A stretch of DNA of 63,788 bases, filler included, from Reclinomonas americana ATCC 50394 (lineage: Eukaryota), in the NCBI GenBank assembly GCA_048213135.1. It is 5 parts of 4 records of this genome, joined end to end, with 100 filler letters (N's around TTAATTAATTAA, not from the genome) between each part and the next. Parts side by side here need not be neighbours in the genome. Positions count along the whole stretch, not along the records: positions 1 to 24,003 come from PS015217.1; 4 more parts are not named here. The stretch is one strand, 5' to 3'. The notes below the pieces were generated by a model that was not told the DNA's origin, did no database searches, and was given only the letters and a program-made list of their open reading frames with translations. Position numbers and translations under genes: made by a program. Numbering within the stretch: the first letter of the stretch is position 1; every line of letters starts with the position of its first letter. Positions 12,921-24,103 of the stretch are shown here, one piece after another.

Positions 12921-13937
12921 CTGCATTTGGTGTCAGACAAACGAGATCCAACGACCACTGGCAAAAAAATTCCTCATCAACGACAAANNNNNNNNNNNNN
13001 NNNNNNNNNNNNNNNNNNNNNNNNNNNNNNNNNNNNNNNNNNNNNNNNNNNNNNNNNNNNNNNNNNNNNNNNNNNNNNNNNNNNNNNNNNNNNNNNNNNN
13101 NNNNNNNNNNNNNNNNNNNNNNNNNNNNNNNNNNNNNNNNNNNNNNNNNNNNNNNNNNNNNNNNNNNNNNNNNNNNNNNNNNNNNNNNNNNNNNNNNNNN
13201 NNNNNNNNNNNNNNNNNNNNNNNNNNNNNNNNNNNNNNNNNNNNNNNNNNNNNNNNNNNNNNNNNNNNNNNNNNNNNNNNNNNNNNNNNNNNNNNNNNNN
13301 NNNNNNNNNNNNNNNNNNNNNNNNNNNNNNNNNNNNNNNNNNNNNNNNNNNNNNNNNNNNNNNNNNNNNNNNNNNNNNNNNNNNNNNNNNNNNNNNNNNN
13401 NNNNNNNNNNNNNNNNNNNNNNNNNNNNNNNNNNNNNNNNNNNNNNNNNNNNNNNNNNNNNNNNNNNNNNNNNNNNNNNNNNNNNNNNNNNNNNNNNNNN
13501 NNNNNNNNNNNNNNNNNNNNNNNNNNNNNNNNNNNNNNNNNNNNNNNNNNNNNNNNNNNNNNNNNNNNNNNNNNNNNNNNNNNNNNNNNNNNNNNNNNNN
13601 NNNNNNNNNNNNNNNNNNNNNNNNNNNNNNNNNNNNNNNNNNNNNNNNNNNNNNNNNNNNNNNNNNNNNNNNNNNNNNNNNNNNNNNNNNNNNNNNNNNN
13701 NNNNNNNNNNNNNNNNNNNNNNNNNNNNNNNNNNNNNNNNNNNNNNNNNNNNNNNNNNNNNNNNNNNNNNNNNNNNNNNNNNNNNNNNNNNNNNNNNNNN
13801 NNNNNNNNNNNNNNNNNNNNNNNNNNNNNNNNNNNNNNNNNNNNNNNNNNNNNNNNNNNNNNNNNNNNNNNNNNTACTCTCCCCGCCTTTGCTTCCTCTT
13901 CTGCTCTCTGTCTCTCATCATCACTTCTCTGATGTAG

Positions 13938-16900
13938 TGCGTCGATTGGCGATGCGTTTGCGTGGTGGCGGCTGTGGAACGTCCAAGCGACGAGACGTTG
14001 ACATTGTCGTGCAGTCGCCGTCGCCTGCGCGATATGGTGGACAGTGTTGCGTTGATGGGGAATGGGGGAGACAAGGGGAGACATGGGGAGGGGAAGGAGG
14101 GGAAGGGAAGGAGGGGATGAAGGGGAAGAAGGGGAAGAAGGCACAACGAGAGTTCAAGGAGGATGAAGGGGAGGGATGAGAGGGAAGGCACAGCGAGAGT
14201 TCAAGGATGATGAAGGGGAGGGCAGAGCGAGAGTTCAAGGAGTGATGAAAGGGAAGGCACAGCGAGAGTTCAAGGCGTGGGTGGATGGGAAGGCACAACG
14301 AGAGATCAAGGAATGGATGGAGGGAAGGCTCAACGAGAGTTCAAGGAGAGGGGAGGAGTGTAAGGCACAGCGAGAGTTCAAGAACGGATAGAGAGAAGGT
14401 ACAACGAGAGCTGAACAAGGGATGCAGGGGAAGACTCAGCGAGAGTTCAAGGAGTGATGAAAGGGAAGGCACAGCGAGAGTTCAAGGAGTGGATGGACGG
14501 GAAGGCACTGCAAGAGTTCCAGAAGGGATTGAGGGAATGGACACGGAGGAGTGAATGGAGGAGAAGGTACACCAAGGAGAAAGGCACAATGAAAGTTTCA
14601 AGGAGTGGATGAAGGGAAGGCACAATGGGAGTTCATGGAGTGGATGGAGGGGAAGGCACAACGAGACTTGCTGTGGCTTATTCTCGCTGCCCTCAGTCAA
14701 TCACCAGCAGTGCTCTTGCCTTTTCTAGTCGTAGTGAAGGATAAAGGGAAGAACTCAGATGAGCCTTGTTTCCATCTCTTCTTGAATTCTCGCTTTGCTT
14801 TCCTCTCAACCCACTCCTTGATCTCTCGCTGTGCCTTCCCCTGCATCCACTCGTTGAACTCTTGTTGAGCCTTCTCTCTATCCCTTCTTGAGCTGTCGGT
14901 GTGCTTTCCCCTGCATCCACTCCTTGACCTCTCGTCTCTATCCCTTCTTGAACTCTCGCTGTGCCTTCCCCTCCATCCACTCCTTGAGCTCTCGCTGTGC
15001 CTTCCCCTCCATCCACTCCTTGATCTCTTGTTGTACCTTCTCTCTATCCGTTCTTGAACTCTCGCTGTGCCTTCCCTTCATCCACGCCTTGAACGCAAGA
15101 AGATCGCAGTCGATTATGCGTGTCATCCGTTCACAGAAGGCGACGCACTCTGTGAGCAGCAGGCAGGCAAGAGAGACCATGTGAGATGGGAGCGAGAGAA
15201 GGGAAGATATCAGAAGGCAGAACAGAAGCTGCATGTGAAAGCAAAGTCACAGCAATTAAAGTACATCTCCTTTCTTTTTTCACTCTCTCTTCCCCTTTCC
15301 CCCCTACCCTCGCTCACCCTCCCTTTGCAGTCCTGATGAACGGCAACGGGCACAACGGTAACAGCATTCCGGCCGTGGCCATGGCCATGGTCGCTGCCGC
15401 TCGACAGAACAGTCCGTCGCCCGCTCCCGGTGCACCCAAGTCTCCCGTGCCCGTGCTGGCGGCACCATTGTCGCCACTGGCGGCGCAGCCGCGGAGACCG
15501 AGTTTGGAGTTGTCGGCGTCGGCGCCGTTGGATCGAGTGGCGCCGGTGTGGGAGGCCATGAGTCTCGGCATTTCGCCACCGTCGTCGTTCAACACGGCGT
15601 CCATCGATAATGCGTCGCCCACGGTGAGCTTGGGAAATGGAAGGGATCGATGGGAGAGGGAGACAGGCTCATTTAATCCTCGCAGGGTGCTCTCGTCATG
15701 TCTCGCGACCCGCTCCTCGACAAGGTGCTGGAGGTGGCACGACAGTGGAGATTACAGGAGCAGAGATGGAACGACATGGATGTGTTGCGACCGGCCAAGT
15801 TGGTGAGCTGCCGCCGCCGTCTCCACTTTCTCGCTCTTCACCGTGTTTCTTGCCTTTGCCCACACCACTCTCCGCTTCTCCACCATCCGCCACCTTCGCT
15901 TCTCACTTTCTTTCCATCTCCTTCTCCGTGTTCATCGCCTCTGCCTTTCTGTTTCCATTTCACTCTCCGCTTCTCCACCGTCCGCTCTTCTCTTCTCACT
16001 CTCCTCTGCTGTCCACTCTCTCACTCATTGCCGTGTATCTTCACTCTTTCACCGCGTTCGCCGCCTCTGCGTATCTGTTTTCCATTTCACTCTCCGCTTG
16101 CACCTCCATCTCTTCACTTTCTTCCTTCTCCACTCCCTCTTTGCGGTGTGTCTTTTGTCGCTCCACTCTTTCACACTCTGCTTCTCTACCGTCCACCACC
16201 TTCACTTGACTCACTCACTCATCTCCTGCGCCCTCACCCGCTGCAGATCTCATTACGTGCCTCGATGAGTGTCACCGAGTCGATGGATGCCGCTGGGGAG
16301 GTGGCCGATGAAGGACTGCGGGCGTGGGATGTGTGCGAGGAGTTCATGTCGTCGGCGCATGAGCGCATGGCCGCTCAAGTTGTGTCACTTTTGTTGCACG
16401 CCTTATTGTTGTAAGTGTGCCGACCACGTGTGTGTGTGTTTTGCAGGTGCTGGTGATTGCCGGGGCATGCGGCTCTGGTAAGACCATGTTGTGTCGCCGG
16501 CTAGTGTCGCGATTGTGGTCGATGGTGGAGGAGAGTGTTCACGTGCAGCAGCGCGGTCGCTTGCCACTTTACCTCGATCTGGCCTCGTGTCCCTACAGCG
16601 CGCTGCAGTCGGGTGAAGCGCTGTTTGCGCATCTGCTGCCTGGATTCACACCCGCAGAGGTGCTTGCGAATACTCTCTCCACCTTCGTCTCTCGTTCATT
16701 TTCGGCCTCATCATCCCCTTTCTGTGTCACTCTCGCAGCTGACGTCTCTGCGCATGTCGTTCGGATTCGTGCTTGTGCTAGACAGTTTCGACGTGTTGAC
16801 ACGCGCCCCATTCAATCCGTTCCAGCATTTCGCGCTGGGGGTTTGTGTGACAGCGGCCGCCATCCCTTGCCCCGCCCGTCGCACTCACCCACAATGTGTT

Positions 16901-19860
16901 GCAGTCGTGGAATGCACTGCTGGTCGTCGGCTGTCGCGTCGAGTACCTCACCAACCACTTGGGCCAGCGATGGCGATCGTATTTCTTCCCCGAGTCGACC
17001 ATGCAGGCGGCCACACAAGTGCACGAGTGCGTGCTGGAGCCCCTGACGCCGGAGCAGATTGATGCTTTCCTCGAAAAGTGCGCATTGCTTCTCCCCACTC
17101 TTCTTTTGTGTCACACGTGTGTGGCTAAAAAAATAAGCGACGCAGCAACTCGACGGCGGAGAGTGATTGGCTGGAGCGGCGCCACATCATTCACAGCGTA
17201 CCCGGACTGCTGGGGCTGGCATCTACGGTTTGCCGCGATTGACATGTGCAGAAGTGCGTGTCGAATTTCTTTGCTGAAAGGGGTTTACCACACAGCCGCT
17301 TCTGTTGTCTGCCATGAATGTCGTTCTTGCCGGTCTATCGGCCGGTGCTGACGATCGCAAGAGACCGTGGACGGCGGCTGCTGTTTTCGAAGTGTTGGTG
17401 GCGTGGAGCTTTGGCGAGGTTGTCGACGAGCCGAATGCGGCATTGGTGTGTCCTACGCGTCTATTTGCAATGTGTTTTTTTTTTTTGCTCACTCTGCGTG
17501 CCAGCCTCGCGCGTTTCTGCGAGATGATGCACTGCACAAGTTCTCAGTGTCCCTCGCCGGCGACATGGTCTCTGCCGACATTCACGTTGTGTGTCCGACG
17601 GTGCGTGTGCTTTCGCTGACAGTGACCGAGTAGCAGTAGCGACTGACTTTGTGAAATGCCATGGTGTTGTTACAGCCCACTTCGACCACTTCCAAACTCA
17701 TTCAGGATTTGCGCAAGGCTCAAGGAGTGGTGCGTGTTGGGATGTTGTGTGCGTGTACTTGGAGTCACGGGTTGTTCACTATTGTCTTCAGCTGGAAGCG
17801 CTGCAATCTCGCCTTCCGCCTCCGGAACATGACTCACCTGGCGAAAAGCCGCACGACGCCGTCGCCCGCAAAATCCGCTCTTTGCAACATGAGGTGGCCG
17901 CCGTCGACACTGCGCGGCAGTTGTGGGATCGACATTTTGGTCCACTCTCCGCACAGCAGCTCTACGCTCTCTGTCGTGCGGTGAGTGGTGAAGGGGCAAA
18001 GAGTGGCAGAAGAGGGGGAAGAGATGGGGGAGGCAAGAGTACTTAAAGGATGAGATTGGGAGGGAGACAGCGAGAAATATTGGAGAGGATGGATCGCAAG
18101 GAGGAATGTCAGCTGTTTTGCGTTGTGCGTGATGGATGCGAGAGATATTTAAACGGAGAGTGAGGAGAAGACAGTCGACAGAAGTGGAATGAGAGAATCC
18201 AGTGGCGTGGTTACGTTTAGTTCTCGACTTGGTTTGTCATTTGCTTAAAAGAGCAAATCCTCTGTTTCCCCTCATTTCATTCCTTTCCCCCACAGTCCTT
18301 CCTCATGGTCTGCAACTCGGCTTCCAGCAACAGTGGAGTCATGTACGTACACCGCGCCATCCGCGACTACTTTGCTGCCCTGCGCTGCAAAACCTATGTG
18401 GAGACGTGGCAACGCCTCGCCACATCACCTGCGGCTGGTTCATCGGTGCGCCGGCCTCAAATCTTCTCTATTTTCACCAGCCTTCTTGCTCACTGCGCTC
18501 ACTCTGCAGCAACATTCGCCATTCTTGGAGCGCATGCTGACTTCGCGCGATCAACTGTCGGTGCTCGGCTTCCTCTCGGAGTTCGTGTGGGATGCCGATG
18601 AGCCGGCGGTCATGTCACTACTCGGCGAGAAACTCGTGCAGTTGTCGCGCATCAGTGCCGATCAGTCGAGCATGCAAGTTGCTGCGATGAACGCGGCCAC
18701 CAGTTGCGTCGCCACATCCAGGTTGTCCACTCGCTTGTTCTTTCCATGGCTCATGGATTCGTCCTCTTCCTCCTTTACCACCAGCCCTGTCGCTTGGCCA
18801 CGCAAGCGCCCTGGTTGGCGATCGACCGGAGAGTCGACGTGCGAGCCTTAGTCCCGCCAGTGTCAACTCACCCGGGCAGAATCTATCGCCACGCATCTTC
18901 CGCATGCACGACCTGGCTGTGCGAGCGGTGGCGCTGGCGGCCGATCACGTGGTCTCCGGTAGTTTTGACGGCACAGTGCGTGTGGCGGTGCGAAAGACCG
19001 GGCGTGAAGTGCACTGTCTGCGCGGCCACACGTGCGAGGTGTTGGGAGTGGTGGTGGTGCATCAGCACAATTGGGTGGTGTCGTGCTCGGTGGACTCGTC
19101 GGTGCGCGTGTGGAGTCTGGTGACGGGTCGCATGGTGCACCAGTTGGAGGGTCACCACAGTGTGGTCACGTGTATCGCTGTGGCGAACTACGGTAATGCG
19201 GTGCTGAGTGGCAGCTGGGACAAGACGCTGCGACTGTGGGACCTCAACTCGGGCACCAAGCGTCTCGTTCTCGAGGGCCATCGCAAGAAAATCAATTGCT
19301 GTGCTGTGGTCGATCACATCGCTGCCAGTGGGTCGGCCGACAAGACGGTGCGTGTGTGGGATTTGGAGCAGGGAGTGGAGGTGAGTGTGAAAAGAGGGCG
19401 AGAGAAAAGAGATAGATGAGCGTGGGCACTGACAGCGGCGGTGCGGCAGATTCGGAGGCTGATGCACGGCGGCAGTGGCAATGGTGTGGAGGGTGTGGCC
19501 ATTTCTCACGATCGGCGGATACTGGTCAGTGCGACCACCGGCTGCGTGCTGCGCGTGTGGCAGCTGGAGAGTGGCGACTCGCTGTTCCGTCTGGAGGGGC
19601 ACACGGACGCCGTGTGGGGTGTGGCATTCCTGCCGCGCTCGCTGCGCTTTGTCAGTGCCTCCCTCGACGGGTCGCTGCGCTTCTGGGACAGCGAGCGGGG
19701 CGAGCTGCTGGAGGAATGGGACGGTGCGCATGCCGGTGGCGCGTATTGCTGCGATGTGTCGGTGGATGGGAGATTTGTGGCGTCGGGTGGAGCGGATGCG
19801 TTGGTGCGGGTGGCGCCGGTGCCGGATTTTAGTTTGTTGGTGCGGACGGGGGTCTCATGA
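13938..19860 (+). CDS. NACHT/STAND NTPase - WD40 repeat protein (NLR-like), spliced
   Basis: First visible exon 13938-14045 (MRLRGGGCGTSK..) splices in frame to 15331. Walker A VLVIAGACGSGKT; Walker B FVLVLDSFD; sensor LLVVGCRVEYL; LEPLTPEQIDAFL; GLAST|PLLL; winged-helix YVHRAIRDYFAA; about 7 WD40 repeats at 18904-19830 (GH..SGSWDKTLRLWD etc.). Confidence 0.88.
14130..15095. repeat. Foldback-like element: ~36-bp minisatellite array (14130-14670) and the same array inverted (14770-15095), inside intron 14046-15330
   Basis: GAAGGCACAGCGAGAGTTCAAGGAGTGGATGG units on the left; TCCATCCACTCCTTGAxCTCTCGCTGTGCCTTCCC on the right. A variant unit GAGTTCAAGAACGGATAGAGAGAAGGTACAAC is present in both arms. 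Confidence 0.85.
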
Positions 19861-20512
19861 GGTGTAAAATGCCTGGTAGTTTGACAGGGGGAGAGGGAGA
19901 GGGAGAGGGAGAGGGAGAGGGAGAGGGAGAGGGAGAGGGAAGAGGGAAGAGGGAAGAGGGAAGAGGGAGAGGGAAAGAGAGAGGGAAGAAAGGGAAAGGG
20001 AGAGGGAGATGGTGACGGACGGAAGGGGGAGACAAGGGGAAAGCTGAAGGGAAGGAATGAGAGCGAAGACGGAGAGGAAGGGGGAGAGGGATGAGGATGA
20101 GGGTACGCATATAGATGAAGATGACTTCGAGGACAGAAAGTGTGGGGAAAGAAGGGTGAGTGCGATAGACTGCACGAGAAAGACAGAGGAAGGAAAAAGT
20201 GCGGTGGGCGGAAATCATGGAAGCGGTGAAACGATGAGTGGGAGAAGAGGAAGGCAACAAATGGGGAAGGGGAGCATTTTCAGTAACATGACTTGAGCAG
20301 CCAAAACAGTGAGTGGGTTGGATCATGAGGGCATCGACATTGTGCACTGGAAGGAAGGCAGGCCTACCGGCGCAAATGATGTCCTCCACCAGTGATGACA
20401 ACTTCATCTTTGAAAGTGGATTCACAACTCCATTGGACACGGCGTACGTGTTGTCAACTTGCTTTATTCGCCACGAAACGACCGACGCGGCAGACCGTCC
20501 TCCAGCGGCACC

Positions 20513-23500
20513 TCATATCGCCTCCGTGTACGCATCGATGAGCTCCTTGGTGGCACCCATCAGCTCCGGATCTTGTGCATTGACAGCCTCGCAAATCGGT
20601 TCCATGGTCTGTCGACGACAAGCACGAATGTAAGTCGGGCTGCACAAATCCTGCAGTGTACTCCTAGGCTCGCGACTCACCGGCAACTCAAAGAGCGTGC
20701 TGAGGAACCATAGCACGTGGAAGTCGGCCAGTCGTTGTGTGATCGAGTAGCTCTCAAACTTGGTCATCAGCTCCTTCAAGTGAATCATCTCTTGCGGTAC
20801 GTCGTTGCGGTGCTCGACAGGGAAGTTGGTCACCAGCTTGCCGCGGCCATACACAATCGGAAGCTGGTGGCAAGGGAGTCAGATCACCAAAGAGTGCACA
20901 AGAGAGCGAAGAGGAATTCACCGGCACAAGGAAAATTGTTGGATCGGCCTTGTCGTGAAGCTCGTCGGCCGAGCCGCCCATGATCTCCTGGTTGCGGAAC
21001 TCGGTGGGGTACTCGAACTTCTTGCTGCCCTCGCCCACGTACACAAAGTCCTCGCCCGATGGTTCTGGTGCGATTTGATCCAGCACCTGGGCAAGGGGGG
21101 AGAAGGAAGAGGGAAGGGTCAGCGATGAAAAGCGATGGATGATCTGTGCAGGAAGAAAAGAAGACAAGGAACGGACTGCATTACTCCTGCACAAGCGCTC
21201 ACTCTCGCGCAGATGCGCTTCCTCTCACATATCCCACGCGCAGTTTTTGCCACTCTCTCACTCTAGTCATCATTTGACTGTCACTCGCGTTCGGTCACTA
21301 ACTCGTGCACAATTCTCACGCAACCTTCTGCAACTCACTCGCACGTGCACCTTATGTCACCCACTCACGTACAAACTGTCTTGCACGCGAACATTGGCCA
21401 CTCACTTGCACACACACGTTGTCACACTCTCAATCATGATTGACACTCGCGCTCGGTTATTCACTCATGTAGTCTTGCACGCGAACATTCTGAAGCTCAC
21501 TTGCACGTACACGTTGTCCCCGATTGACACTCACTCGCGCCTAGTCACTCACTCACGCACAAACTGTCTTGCACGCGAACTTTCTGTCACTCACTTGAAC
21601 ACACACATTGTCACACTCAGTAACTGATTGACACTCGCGCTCGGTCACTCACTCATGCACACTGTCAATAACGTGCACTTTCTGTCACTCAATTGCAGAT
21701 TATTTCACACTTTACACGCACTCACCCTCGGTCAGACATTCATGCACACACGTCCCTCTGCACTTTCTCTCACTCTCGTTCTCACTCACTCAACCATTCT
21801 CTCCCTCTCACTCTCCCTCCCTCCCCCGTCTCACTCATGCACACCAACCTCCAGGCACTGCTCGCTGCATTGGAACACCTCGAAACCCATTTGCGTCTTG
21901 CCGCTCTCGTCGTGAACCACTGCCGGAGAGAGGAGATGAGTAAAAACACAGGCAACGATTACTTACGGTCTGCTTATTGGGCGCTTCCACGCAACAGCTG
22001 CCAATCAGTGTGCAAAACTTGGAGCCAAACTGCCGTTGCAATGAGGCCGCATGGTGCACCTCGTAGGCCGTCAGCGGCTTGGCCTTGTCGCGCTCGTGCG
22101 GCACCGTGAACACCCACCCGACTGGCTTCATGCCGAGGAACGCCGCCAGTCCAACGGCCTTTTCCAGCTGACCCTCAAACTCCACGGCGCCGTGCGGTCC
22201 CACATCTTGCGGTGGTTCCCAGATGCAGTGCACCTCCACCGCGTCGAACTCGTTCTCGCTGTGCGATGGATAAGGGAGGTGAGAGGGGGAGGGAAGGGAG
22301 GAGGGGAAGGGGGAAAAGAGGGAGAGACATACAAATACACGAGAACCAATGCGCGACAGAGAGGAGGCTCACGCAACTAGCCAATCAAATAGCCCATCCG
22401 AGGTGTTTGGTACGCCGTCCGGTGCACGTAGTCGTGGAAATTGCGAATGCTCTGTCGGTCAATGGCCAAGAAGGCACACTTGCGGGCCTCCTGTTTTCCC
22501 CAGACCATTGAGGAGATGCGCGGCAAAAGAACAGCTGATATGAGGCTGCATGACGAACCGTAAACTGCGGCCTCAAGCGCAGAATCGACCGCTCGTACTC
22601 CTCAGTCATCTTGGAGATGTCCATCTCGCGGCTGCGTCCCGGGAGAGAGGGACCCGCTGCGCCACTGCCTGACGCACCAGAGCCGGAACCGCCGGCGGCC
22701 TCCTCGCCCGTGGCGATTGGTCGTCGGACGCCGGTACTGCAGACTGCAAAGTGAGAAAAAAAAGGGAAGAACTCTGATGATAACACAACCCTCTTACGCC
22801 AAAGGGACGAGATCACATCGAGGTGTTCTCTCAGCATGACAGACAGATCGCACACCGACGCCTTTTCAAAGACGCGAGATCTGCAATCAAGAAGCGCTCT
22901 TCCTCTCGCCACGGCAAGACAGCACACAAAGAAAGGACAGCACGACACACACTCCTTCTCATTGCTGCGAGATAAGACATCAAGGTGTGCTCTTTCTCGG
23001 GTAGCACGGAGAGAAAGACACGGGACATTTCTTCTCGATCATACCAGGCGATCAGATCACGATGCGCTGCTCCTCGCCAAGGCGAGATAGCACACAAAGA
23101 AAGGACAGCTCGGTGCACGCTCCCTTCTCACTGCTGCGAAGATGTGCTCTTTCTCGGGTCGAAGCGAGACAGCACGGAGAGAAAGACACGGGACACTTCT
23201 TCTCGATCATACCAGGCGATCAGATCAAGACATGCTGCTCCTCTCGCCAAAGGCGAGACATCACACAAAGAAAGGACAACACGGTGTACACTCCTTCTCC
23301 AAGAAACGCGATTAGGCGTCAAGATGCGCTCACCGAGGCGAGACAGCACACAAAGGACATGACGTTGCACACTCCTTTCAAACACGCGAGAGAAGACATC
23401 AAGATGCGATCTTCCTCAGAGTGCAAAACCATCGCCACGCACGAACATACAACGAAAGATGCGCTCGTTCTCATCACACTCGCCAACCTCGCTGACGCCG

Positions 23501-23830
23501 GACGACAGCAAACAAGCGACGCACATGAACGCGATGAGGTCAACACCGACAGAGTGACGCAAGAAGAAAGGAAGAGAGACAGAGAGCGATTGAGCCGAGG
23601 GTAGGCAATTGAGAGACAGAGAGAGACAGTCTGCGTGCATGTGAGAGAGAGAACAAGAGAGAGGAGGAGAGAGCGAAAGAGTGTGTGTGACAGAGAGAGC
23701 ATCCAATCTCGGATCCCCGCATGCAAAATCGCTTCGAAAATCCGCACAGACACAAAAGTGAGAACGCAACGTTGCGGCCTGCGGAAGCGACGCCTCATCC
23801 AAGAAGCGCACATACACCCAATCACCATTC
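20513..23830 (-). CDS. NPL4: NPL4-like Cdc48/p97 cofactor, 5' end lost at linker
   Basis: NGDWVYVRF (Ubl end); RMGYLIG|YENEFDAVEVHCIWEPPQ; LGMKPVGWVFT; PLTAYEVHHAASLQ; FEVFQCSEQC; TNFPVEHR; RLADFHVLWFL. Confidence 0.9.
21330..21740. repeat. Diverged intronic tandem repeat in NPL4
   Basis: CAAACTGTCTTGCACGCGAAC and GATTGACACTCGCGCTCGGT recur 2-3 times. Confidence 0.75.
22790..23420. repeat. ~180-bp intronic tandem repeat in NPL4
   Basis: AGCACGGAGAGAAAGACACGGGACA(T/C)TTCTTCTCGATCATACCAGGCGATCAGATCA at about 23003 and 23171; CACACAAAGAAAGGACA occurs 3 times. Confidence 0.85.
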
Positions 23831-23893
23831 CTAAACAAAAAAACAAACAAGGACAACAACAAATAAGAAAATGCTCACTTATGTAAGCAAATG

Positions 23894-23938
<45 letters not shown>

Positions 23939-24047
23939 CAAAGAGACTCTGTGTGCGCAACTTGACACCGAGAGACTCGAGTGCGACCGCGGGATTCGTG
24001 AGCNNNNNNNNNNNNNNNNNNNNNNNNNNNNNNNNNNNNNNNNNNNN

Positions 24048-24059
24048 TTAATTAATTAA
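24048..24059. other. Artificial six-frame-stop contig linker
   Basis: N-run/TTAATTAATTAA/N-run; identical linkers at 33681-33692, 38402-38413 and 59940-59951. Confidence 0.95.
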
Positions 24060-24103
24060 NNNNNNNNNNNNNNNNNNNNNNNNNNNNNNNNNNNNNNNNN
24101 NNN

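Noticed and set aside
24048-24059. TTAATTAATTAA palindromes as biological sites
   Set aside because: Always embedded in fixed N-runs; an artificial linker. Adjacency across these points is uncertain.
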